Of a stretch of DNA of 64,000 nt, positions 47,614 to 54,227 are shown in pieces. The number at the start of each line of letters is the position of its first letter. The stretch's first letter is position 1. A program made the translations under genes and the position numbers. The stretch comes from a virus: positions 9,110 through 73,109 of the IMG/VR virus record IMGVR_UViG_3300029893_000003. One strand, 5' to 3'. A model generated the notes under the pieces. It worked only from the letters and a program-made list of their open reading frames with translations, did not search any database and was not told the DNA's origin.

Positions 47614-47903
47614 TCCTCTTTCTCTCCCACCACAAAAGCCACACCGTATCCGTGTTCGGGAAGGTAGTTGACGACAAACACAAAAGAAATGTCGGTGGTT
47701 TCGGCTGTCTCCTGTGCGTTCCTTAGCAGGGACAGCCCTAACCCCACCGCCCAGCCAACATGGTCCAGGCTGTCTTTTGTTAGGGTGTTGTACAAGGTCT
47801 TGCCCTCTAACAAAGCAGTCCTGGCTTGATTAAGTACCGAAATTTCTTCGTCTGTCAACAAAGAACGATCTGTAATCTTGAAAATGTCTGGTCTAACTGC
47901 CAC
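47610..47903 (-). CDS. Hypothetical protein
   Basis: GGTGGA RBS, GTG start. Confidence 0.55.
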   Translation of the reverse strand: MAVRPDIFKITDRSLLTDEEISVLNQARTALLEGKTLYNTLTKDSLDHVGWAVGLGLSLLRNAQETAETTDISFVFVVNYLPEHGYGVAFVVGEKED

Positions 47904-47959
47904 CTAAATCCACCTTTAACTAAGTCTGAAACGTATAATATTAATAGTTTAAAACTAAT

Positions 47960-48062
47960 GATCTGCTATAAGACTCTTCTTTGTTAGTTGATCTACTATA
48001 AGACTCTTCTTTGTTAGTTGATCTACTATAAGACTCTTCTTTGTTAGTTGATCTTTGTTAGT
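47960..48062. repeat. Tandem 30-bp repeat, three copies plus a partial (GATCTRCTATAAGACTCTTCTTTGTTAGTT)
   Basis: Units at 47960, 47990 and 48020; partial at 48050. Confidence 0.9.
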
Positions 48063-48321
48063 GTATTATATTTTCTTCTTCTTTGTTAGTGGAGTCTAGA
48101 TTCTTATATTAGAATCTTTTATATACTCCTACGGAGTATAAAAACAAGGCCATCCCGATCCCCGCCACCACCCACAATTATGTAGGATACTCAGGACTAA
48201 AAACTTTGTCAAGAGCAAATCAGGTTTTCTAATCTAATTCTAATGTTCTACTCATCTTCCATTAATCTTTTGCGGTATCCTAATAACGTGGTATACTGAA
48301 CAAAAATTTTGGAGATGAGAC

Positions 48322-50067
48322 ATGAGAAAATTGTTCCTGCTTTTGGTGGTGTTGTTTCTGTCGGGTTGTGTGGGTGGTCGCTATGTGTTCTACCAATCAC
48401 CAGACAATCCCGAACAGATTCCAACGGGTGTTTATGAGGATGCAGGGGTTGAAGTAGAAATACGTAATCTAGAAACAAACACACCGTACCCGACCTACAC
48501 GTCCTATCCAACTTACACCCCCCTGCCCACTTACACCGCCCAACCAGGACTGCCAGAGCCTACACAGGACAGCGGGATCACACCTTCGCCTACTAGTAGC
48601 GCTGGCAAGGCATGCCTAGCGACAAGCAGCACGGCCCTGAATTTACGAGCCGATCACACGGTTAATTCTGCGATCATCGACAACATCGATCCCGGCGTGC
48701 GAATGGAAGTTCTCAGCATTTGGGTGATCCGTGACGTAACCGACGAATGGCTTAAGGTCCGAGCGGAGACGCGATCCGGCGTCGTGCGTGAGGGGTGGAT
48801 ATTCCGAGGTTCAAGCGTCTATTTCGGGGTTGATGACACTTTGGATTTGTGTTGGGACGTGCCGCTCGATGGCCCTGGGGCGAACGTGCCGACGCCCGCG
48901 CCGACCGCGACACCCGTGCCGGGGCCGACCTGGACACCGGTCCCCACCGGCCCGGCGCCAACACAGTGCACGTATGTGCATCCGTCCGCCACAATGTCTA
49001 TCCGCTCGACCTGGAGCACGTCCGGCACGCGATTGGGATTACTGCCGCCGAACACGCGCGTTGTGGTCGGGCATATCTATCCAGACACTGCGCAAGAGCG
49101 CTGGGCGTATATCACCTATCAAGGTCTGACGGGCTGGGTGGCGGTGCGCGCGGGCGGTATCGAGTACGGGCGCCTGGAGGGTAACTGCGCACAAGTGCCG
49201 CGCTATCAGCCCCAGGTGCTAGTTGGCCCGCACCTGCTGGTTGGCGTGCAGGGTGATGTGGTGGGCTATGGCTGGGGCACGCTCAAGTGCCTCAACCACA
49301 CCGAGGCGCTGTGTTTGGCCGCCAAAGCCGCGCGCCCGCAGACGGTCATCGTCTACCGCACGCTGCACGTCAGCGATGGCATGCGGGACTGTCCCAGTTA
49401 CAATGAGTGGCTCAACCCGGACGACTGGTACCGCAAGGTCATCCCATTTTGGCCTGCTGGGTTTGACTACTACGAGGTCATCAACGAGTGCTGGCCGCCA
49501 TCGATGCGCGTGATGGTCGATTTTTCTATCCGCATCGCGCAGCTGGCGGCACGGGATGGGCGCGCCATCCTGGCCTTTAGCTGGTATCCGGGTGCGCCGG
49601 AGATTGCGGACTGGGATGTGCTATACGACTACCTGGCCTGGGCCGACGCCAATCCGCTGCCAGACGGGCGGCATCACGGCATTGCGCTGCACGCGGCGGG
49701 ATACGCGCCAGCGGACCAGGTGCCGCCGGGGTCGTGGGTCAACGACCCGTGGATCGCGGGGCGGCACGAGTTGGTCAACGCGCGGCTGTTGCAGACCAAA
49801 AACTATTCGCTCAAACAGTTTCAAGGGCCAATCGTCATCACCGAACTCGGATGGGATGATGGCTACCAGAGTACCTCTATGGGCGCGCTCGGCTGGGACT
49901 GCGCGGCATACGGGCGCGCGGTGGCGCGCACGATAGAGGTGCTGTCGCAACAGGGTCTTGTAGACGGGTTTCACGTGTGGAACTTCGGCAGCGGCGGGAC
50001 AACGAAGTGGGTGGACCTGTCGCGGTGCCTGCCGCAGATTGCGGCGGCAGCGGGGGGAACGGCATAG
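48322..50067 (+). CDS. Lipoprotein with PT-rich linkers, two SH3b-like domains and a C-terminal glycoside-hydrolase-like TIM barrel
   Basis: Lipobox LSGC; PTYT repeats; ALNLRAD and SIRSTW...GLTGWV SH3b; YYEVINEC and VITELGWD acid/nucleophile-like motifs. Confidence 0.7.
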   Translation: MRKLFLLLVVLFLSGCVGGRYVFYQSPDNPEQIPTGVYEDAGVEVEIRNLETNTPYPTYTSYPTYTPLPTYTAQPGLPEPTQDSGITPSPTSSAGKACLATSSTALNLRADHTVNSAIIDNIDPGVRMEVLSIWVIRDVTDEWLKVRAETRSGVVREGWIFRGSSVYFGVDDTLDLCWDVPLDGPGANVPTPAPTATPVPGPTWTPVPTGPAPTQCTYVHPSATMSIRSTWSTSGTRLGLLPPNTRVVVGHIYPDTAQERWAYITYQGLTGWVAVRAGGIEYGRLEGNCAQVPRYQPQVLVGPHLLVGVQGDVVGYGWGTLKCLNHTEALCLAAKAARPQTVIVYRTLHVSDGMRDCPSYNEWLNPDDWYRKVIPFWPAGFDYYEVINECWPPSMRVMVDFSIRIAQLAARDGRAILAFSWYPGAPEIADWDVLYDYLAWADANPLPDGRHHGIALHAAGYAPADQVPPGSWVNDPWIAGRHELVNARLLQTKNYSLKQFQGPIVITELGWDDGYQSTSMGALGWDCAAYGRAVARTIEVLSQQGLVDGFHVWNFGSGGTTKWVDLSRCLPQIAAAAGGTA

Positions 50068-50218
50068 GAATCAGAAAAACCTGCGCGGAAGCCCCCACCT
50101 AAGGGCGCGGGGAGTGTCACGCCTAGACAGCATCAGCATACCATACATTCAATCAGCAGAAGGAGGCAAGCGCCATTCCCTGCCGGGTTAAAGCCCGGTG
50201 TCCCCTGGCGCAATTTCT
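50068..50218. mobile_element. Nested IS200/IS605 end scars: plus-strand right end (to 50120) abutting a minus-strand left end of the element-2 family (50121-50218)
   Basis: GAAGCCCCCACCTAAGGGCGCGGGGAGTGTCAC; 50121-50222 is homologous to 42681-42793 including the CCAT motif. Confidence 0.7.
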
Positions 50219-50389
50219 ATGGAACGCATATTAGAAGTGGATCGTAAATGGAAGGAACGAAACGAGCGTATTCTAATGAGGAATGGACCGACTGCATTAG
50301 ATGAGTATCTAAGGCAGGAAGCGAGGCGTATAGAATCTTTGCGTAGGGAAATGGAAAAGCGTGGGCTTGAGGTTGATCAAGTCACTTGA
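50219..50389 (+). CDS. Small hypothetical protein (MERILEVDRK...)
   Basis: ATG coincides with the IS target motif. Confidence 0.5.
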   Translation: MERILEVDRKWKERNERILMRNGPTALDEYLRQEARRIESLRREMEKRGLEVDQVT

Positions 50390-50414
50390 CAATTAGTTAG
50401 TCTTGTGGTATGCT
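50386..50414 (+). promoter_or_regulatory. Sigma70 promoter
   Basis: TTGACA-17-TATGCT with extended -10 TG. Confidence 0.75.
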
Positions 50415-50452
50415 GGTCTAAGATAGGCCAGCATTTTTATTAGGAGAATGTT

Positions 50453-50599
50453 ATGAAAACCCTACTCGAATGGGTGTTAGGCATTTCTGTATGTTCGGTA
50501 ATTCTGTATGCTGGCTACGAGAATCCAAATAGTTATGTAATGTTGGGAATGGTTGTGACTGTGGTGGTGTCCAGTCTTTTGCTTACCAAACGGGCCTGA
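50453..50599 (+). CDS. Small membrane protein (48 aa), stop codon overlapping the mini-tmRNA 5' end
   Basis: AGGAG RBS; MKTLLEWVLGISVCSVILYAG...LLLTKRA*. Confidence 0.55.
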   Translation: MKTLLEWVLGISVCSVILYAGYENPNSYVMLGMVVTVVVSSLLLTKRA

Positions 50600-50679
50600 C
50601 AGGTTTCGATGGCGGGGAGTCTTGCAGTTGGGTGTTAGGCTCCCCGCTAGACCTACGTTCAATTCGTAGCAGGTCCACC
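50592..50679 (+). ncRNA. tmRNA-like RNA consisting only of the tRNA-like domain (no mRNA-like domain)
   Basis: Acceptor GGGCCTG/CAGGTCC with G3.U70 and A73; D-loop-like ACAGGTTTCGA; helix TGGCGGGGAG/CTCCCCGCTA; GAC linker; T-arm CTACG-TTCAATT-CGTAG. Confidence 0.75.
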
Positions 50680-50819
50680 CGTATCCTTATCAGTAAGGAG
50701 AGATGCAGAAGAAGATACCCGTACTGCGATGCGGGGTAAGCTGATTGACATCTTACAGGCAGCGCGAGAACACGGCTATGTCGTGGCTGTGGGTGGCGCT
50801 AAGTTCTAAGGAGAGCAGC

Positions 50820-51089
50820 ATGGTAATCGTCATGGTAATGAAGGGAAAGCCCGTACAGTATTTCTTGTATGAAGATCAGGGCGCAGCCGAAGATTGGGTA
50901 CGGGATAGAAAACGTGCCCTATTAGGGACACTGGTAGAGGATTGGTTGATCCCTACAGACTATGAAATCTGGAAGAAACGGGGTGATTTTCTTTTCCTTA
51001 CTGATAAGGAAGTTGATGAATTGTGGCCTCGGTTTGGTAAGTATTTCTCAGAAGACTTTATCATTCAGACAGCGGAGATTGTAGGATAG
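50820..51089 (+). CDS. Hypothetical protein
   Basis: AAGGAG RBS before 50820. Confidence 0.6.
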   Translation: MVIVMVMKGKPVQYFLYEDQGAAEDWVRDRKRALLGTLVEDWLIPTDYEIWKKRGDFLFLTDKEVDELWPRFGKYFSEDFIIQTAEIVG

Positions 51090-51090
51090 G

Positions 51091-51441
51091 ATGCAAATAA
51101 AAATTGTGCGGGTTGGTGCAGAGCCGTGTACTATTGAGGCACAAGTGAAGGGAGACTTTGCCTATCATCGAACTTACATTGAGGGTAAGGGAACCAGCCA
51201 TCGACAACACGACTGGTCAGTAACCTATGTTCCTAGTGGTCGCCTAGTTTTTCGTACAAAAACAAAGGCAGCGGCAAAGACTCTTGTAGATATGTTACAG
51301 CCTCTAGAATTACAAGATATTTTCACAGAGGATGAGGTACTCAAGAACGAAATTCGTTTACAGTTTTATAACATCATGAACGAGGCGCGAAAGAAGTTCC
51401 CTGTCGCGTTGGGTAGTGGTCCTTTTTATCCTGCTAAATAA
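51091..51441 (+). CDS. Hypothetical protein
   Basis: Coupled ORF. Confidence 0.65.
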   Translation: MQIKIVRVGAEPCTIEAQVKGDFAYHRTYIEGKGTSHRQHDWSVTYVPSGRLVFRTKTKAAAKTLVDMLQPLELQDIFTEDEVLKNEIRLQFYNIMNEARKKFPVALGSGPFYPAK

Positions 51442-51451
51442 GGAGAGGGTA

Positions 51452-51607
51452 ATGATGGTTGTGATCGTTTTAGGAGCGATTGTTGTCTATTTTGTAGCGG
51501 TCTATTTGTTTGTGTTGCGCTCACGTGATGGGGTCATTAATCTGTCTTTGCAAGAGTTGGATGAGTGGTTTAATGGCATCATTGATGACAACTTCGGGGG
51601 GCGCTAA
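51452..51607 (+). CDS. Small membrane protein
   Basis: AAGGAG RBS; TM helix. Confidence 0.55.
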   Translation: MMVVIVLGAIVVYFVAVYLFVLRSRDGVINLSLQELDEWFNGIIDDNFGGR

Positions 51608-52161
51608 TGAGTAAACTACTTGATCCTCAAGAGTTTTGGGAGTCTATTCGTAGTGAAGAGAGTGCAGCGTGGCCTGTTGTGTGTGTTGATTTGAATGGTG
51701 TGTTGGATATTCCCTCTCGTTGGAACGGGAAGGTAGAAAAGTATCCAGTTGCACCAGGGGCCTCGCTGTTTCTTTCCCGGTTGCGTCTTCATTTTAATAC
51801 GGTCGTTGTATTTACAGCTATTATGCCTGTTGAATTTGCTATAGAGTGGTTAGAAGAACACGATTTACTAAAGTATGTGCATTTCGTTACTAACTACAAA
51901 ATTCCCGCTGCTGTATATATTGACGACAAAGCCGTTTGTCATTACGGAAATTTTGATGATACGCTACAGCGTGCTATTCGTCATGTTCCGCATTGGCAAA
52001 ATCATAAACGCTTAGAGCGACCACAAGAGGTAGAACAATTTATTTCTATCTACGACAAAAAATCCCAAATCACTGGTGGGCATAACGTTTTAGAGTTTGC
52101 TGTTGTTCAGTACATTAGACAGCTAGAGGGAAAATTACATGACTTGGAGAGCGGTATATGA
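51607..52161 (+). CDS. HAD-superfamily hydrolase (5'-nucleotidase-like; motif I variant DLNG)
   Basis: VCVDLNGVL, VFTA, KIPAAVYIDDKA. Confidence 0.75.
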   Translation: MSKLLDPQEFWESIRSEESAAWPVVCVDLNGVLDIPSRWNGKVEKYPVAPGASLFLSRLRLHFNTVVVFTAIMPVEFAIEWLEEHDLLKYVHFVTNYKIPAAVYIDDKAVCHYGNFDDTLQRAIRHVPHWQNHKRLERPQEVEQFISIYDKKSQITGGHNVLEFAVVQYIRQLEGKLHDLESGI

Positions 52162-52738
52162 CAAGATTGGCTGTTTAGAAGAAGACGAATTACTATGGAA
52201 ACTAATCCTACATGAAAAGGATCGGTTTATGTGTACACTGGCACAAGCGTCGGATTTGTTGGAAGGGGAGCGGTATCTCGATCATACAGCACATGCAAAG
52301 GCTATGATGTATGCTGTTAATGAGGGGGAACAAGGAAAGCCACTAACTTTGTACACGGTGCTTAGAATACACCAACTTGCCTTTCCGTATGGTGGTCACT
52401 TTAGGAATTGTACTCCCATTATCTTTAATAGTTCCTTTGAGCCACCTGCCCCACCTATCGCTCCCCATGTACAGGATTGGATCAAACGCTATTGGGATGA
52501 TCCCCTTGCAAATGCAGACATAGAGTATTATGATATAGTTTTAGCACATATTCGGTTTGAAGAAATCCACCCGTTTGTAGACGGGAACGGTCGGGTGGGA
52601 CGGATTCTGAACAACTACATGTGCGCGTATGCGGGGCTTCCTTTGTTGAATATCTGTGATAGAGAAGCCTATCTAGACTGTATGCGTCGTGGGCATATAC
52701 AAGATTTAGTCCAGCTTTTTAGAAGGAGTGCGGTATGA
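52139..52738 (+). CDS. Fic/Doc family protein
   Basis: Canonical HPFVDGNGRVGR motif. Confidence 0.9.
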   Translation: MTWRAVYDKIGCLEEDELLWKLILHEKDRFMCTLAQASDLLEGERYLDHTAHAKAMMYAVNEGEQGKPLTLYTVLRIHQLAFPYGGHFRNCTPIIFNSSFEPPAPPIAPHVQDWIKRYWDDPLANADIEYYDIVLAHIRFEEIHPFVDGNGRVGRILNNYMCAYAGLPLLNICDREAYLDCMRRGHIQDLVQLFRRSAV

Positions 52739-53037
52739 GAACCTATGAAGAGAATAGACTAATTGCAATCAATATGGCAGGTATCATTTGGTTGCGAACG
52801 TTATTAAGTGACGTAGAATCTGATACAGATTTAATAAATAAAATGTTCAAAGATTTTCTAAAAGGTTTTTATTTATCGCTAGCCACAAGCGAAACATTGG
52901 ATATTGCCGAAGAACGTTTGGACGGGGTTTTTCAGTATATTGAATTAATGGGCGTAGATGAATCTGTACTTGAGGGGATGCAGAAAACCCTTAACCAGCT
53001 ACAAGAATGGCTAACCATACCGGAACTAGATGAATAG
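52735..53037 (+). CDS. Hypothetical protein
   Basis: Coupled to Fic. Confidence 0.6.
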   Translation: MRTYEENRLIAINMAGIIWLRTLLSDVESDTDLINKMFKDFLKGFYLSLATSETLDIAEERLDGVFQYIELMGVDESVLEGMQKTLNQLQEWLTIPELDE

Positions 53038-53335
53038 TGTGAGTGATTTTCTTTACTACTTATTACTTATTTTAGACTTCCTTATGCCAAAACGAACTGA
53101 CAACTACCAGGAATATCTACGATCTTCTAGGTGGAGAGGCATAAGGAAAAGGGCCTTGGAACGGGCGGGTTATCGGTGTCAGCTATGTAACTCGCCCACC
53201 AGACTACAGGTACACCATCGGACGTATGATCGACTAGGAAATGAACGGCTTGATGATCTTATTGTGCTGTGTCAAAAATGTCATACAGCGTTTCATGTAC
53301 ACAGGAAATTGCACAAACCTAGAAAAAGGGCTTGA
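53030..53335 (+). CDS. HNH endonuclease
   Basis: YLRSSRW...CQLC...LQVHH...LIVLCQKCHTAFH. Confidence 0.85.
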   Translation: MNSVSDFLYYLLLILDFLMPKRTDNYQEYLRSSRWRGIRKRALERAGYRCQLCNSPTRLQVHHRTYDRLGNERLDDLIVLCQKCHTAFHVHRKLHKPRKRA

Positions 53336-53360
53336 CAAAGGTTTTGAGGTATGCTATACT
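53332..53360 (+). promoter_or_regulatory. Sigma70 promoter for the ~350-nt ncRNA
   Basis: TTGACA-17-TATACT with extended -10 TG. Confidence 0.85.
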
Positions 53361-53367
53361 GTGTACA

Positions 53368-53716
53368 GTGAGACAGAAAGCTGCGTGGGTGGCGGCTAGG
53401 AAACCTTCAGTCGAATTGAGACGAGTTTTATTGTTAGTCCTTAATGCCGCCACCGACGAAGTTGAAGGGCTTGAAGTAGAGGCAACCAAACATTCATAGC
53501 GTACACTCTCCTTTTGGTTAGCCGATGAGAAAACTTTATCCTTAAAGGTTGCCTCTACTTCAAGCCTTTGCGACGGGCTTTGACCTAGACAATAGGAGTC
53601 CCCCTTTGTGCAGAGGGGAGTGCCGTAGGAGCGCAGGTAAAGGTTGCACAGCCATCCTACCTCTTGATGGTGGGCAGGAGTAAATATAATTTCATACTTA
53701 TATCCCACCTTTTTTT
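53368..53716 (+). ncRNA. Candidate structured RNA with two pseudoknots, class unassigned
   Basis: Bounded by the promoter and a GGTGGG/CCCACC-U8 terminator; stems GGTGGCGGC/GCCGCCACC and a ~23-bp stem around GGCTTGAAGTAGAGGCAACC; pseudoknot candidates TATTGT/ACAATA and TGTGCA/TGCACA. Confidence 0.65.
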
Positions 53717-53718
53717 TC

Positions 53719-53747
53719 TTGACAAGTTAAATGAAGTGTGTTAAAGT
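53719..53747 (+). promoter_or_regulatory. Sigma70 promoter for the Y RNA-Ro60 operon
   Basis: TTGACA-17-TAAAGT with extended -10 TG. Confidence 0.75.
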
Positions 53748-53749
53748 AA

Positions 53750-53818
53750 GGCTAGCGAACCGAAAAGGCGTGGTTATCCATGATCGAATACTCCACCCTT
53801 GTTTACTTGTTCGCTAAA
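53750..53818 (+). ncRNA. Y RNA-like RNA 1
   Basis: TAGCGAAC-CGA...CTT-GTTCGCTA, matching the Ro60-binding stem geometry (C-CGA / CUU-G) of Y RNAs. Confidence 0.7.
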
Positions 53819-53822
53819 ACAT

Positions 53823-53905
53823 GCGTGTCCAGGACTGGCAGGCGTTGGCCCTAAGCGAAGTTCAAGCCAACATCACCTGCGGGGGTTCAACTCCCTCGAC
53901 ACGCT
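53823..53905 (+). ncRNA. Atypical tRNA-like element (acceptor and T-arm, rudimentary D region, elongated anticodon-position arm)
   Basis: GCGTGTC/GACACGC acceptor; GGGGG-TTCAACT-CCCTC T-arm; GCAGG/CCTGC plus GTTGGC/GCCAAC arm. Confidence 0.6.
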
Positions 53906-53906
53906 C

Positions 53907-53979
53907 TATCGAGCCGAGGGGTTCAGGGTTACCTACATAGCGAATGTAAACCAATTCCCTACCCGCACCTTGCTCGATA
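53907..53979 (+). ncRNA. Y RNA-like RNA 2
   Basis: TATCGAGC-CGA...CTT-GCTCGATA stem with the same motif. Confidence 0.7.
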
Positions 53980-53992
53980 AAAACTAGTAATG

Positions 53993-54114
53993 ATGTGAGC
54001 CGAAGGAACTTGGTTATCGACTTGTAATCGACGGTTGCGGGTTCGAATCCCGTCCCTGCGGGGTAGCTTAATGTGGAAAAGCAGTAAAAAGCCAATTCCG
54101 TCCCTTGCTCACGT
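53993..54114 (+). ncRNA. yrlA: YrlA-type Y RNA with a permuted tRNA-like module
   Basis: GTGAGC-CGA...CTT-GCTCAC Ro stem enclosing TCGA-CTTGTAA-TCGA arm, T-arm GCGGG-TTCGAAT-CCCGT, loop-closed acceptor CCC-TGC-GGG and D-arm-like TAGCTTAATGTGGAAAAGC; adjacent to the Ro60 gene. Confidence 0.8.
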
Positions 54115-54227
54115 AATGTATGGACCGTTTTTGTCCGACTAGATAGGCGAGATAACAGAGTGGTTGGTTCCTGTTATTACTATCTGTGTCGGGCACATCG
54201 TCCGACACTTTTCATAAGGAGAATCTA

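Noticed and set aside
47960-48062. Possible CRISPR array
   Set aside because: Units are contiguous with no unique spacers, so it is a plain tandem repeat.
48483-48540. Short nucleotide repeats as a DGR or VNTR
   Set aside because: They encode the PTYT/PT linker; no reverse transcriptase or TR/VR pair seen in the window.
50680-50810. Downstream frame (AEEDTRTAMRGK...) as a trans-encoded tmRNA tag
   Set aside because: It lies outside the RNA, 3' of the acceptor end, lacks the UAG-type resume context and has no pseudoknots; no support.
53470-53500. TAGAG-GCA as a tmRNA resume codon in the ~350-nt RNA
   Set aside because: Buried in a ~23-bp stem and would encode only ATKHS*; likely coincidental.
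53319-53708. 129-aa minus-strand ORF
   Set aside because: No convincing RBS; the plus strand has a promoter, terminator and strong RNA structure, which explains the region better.
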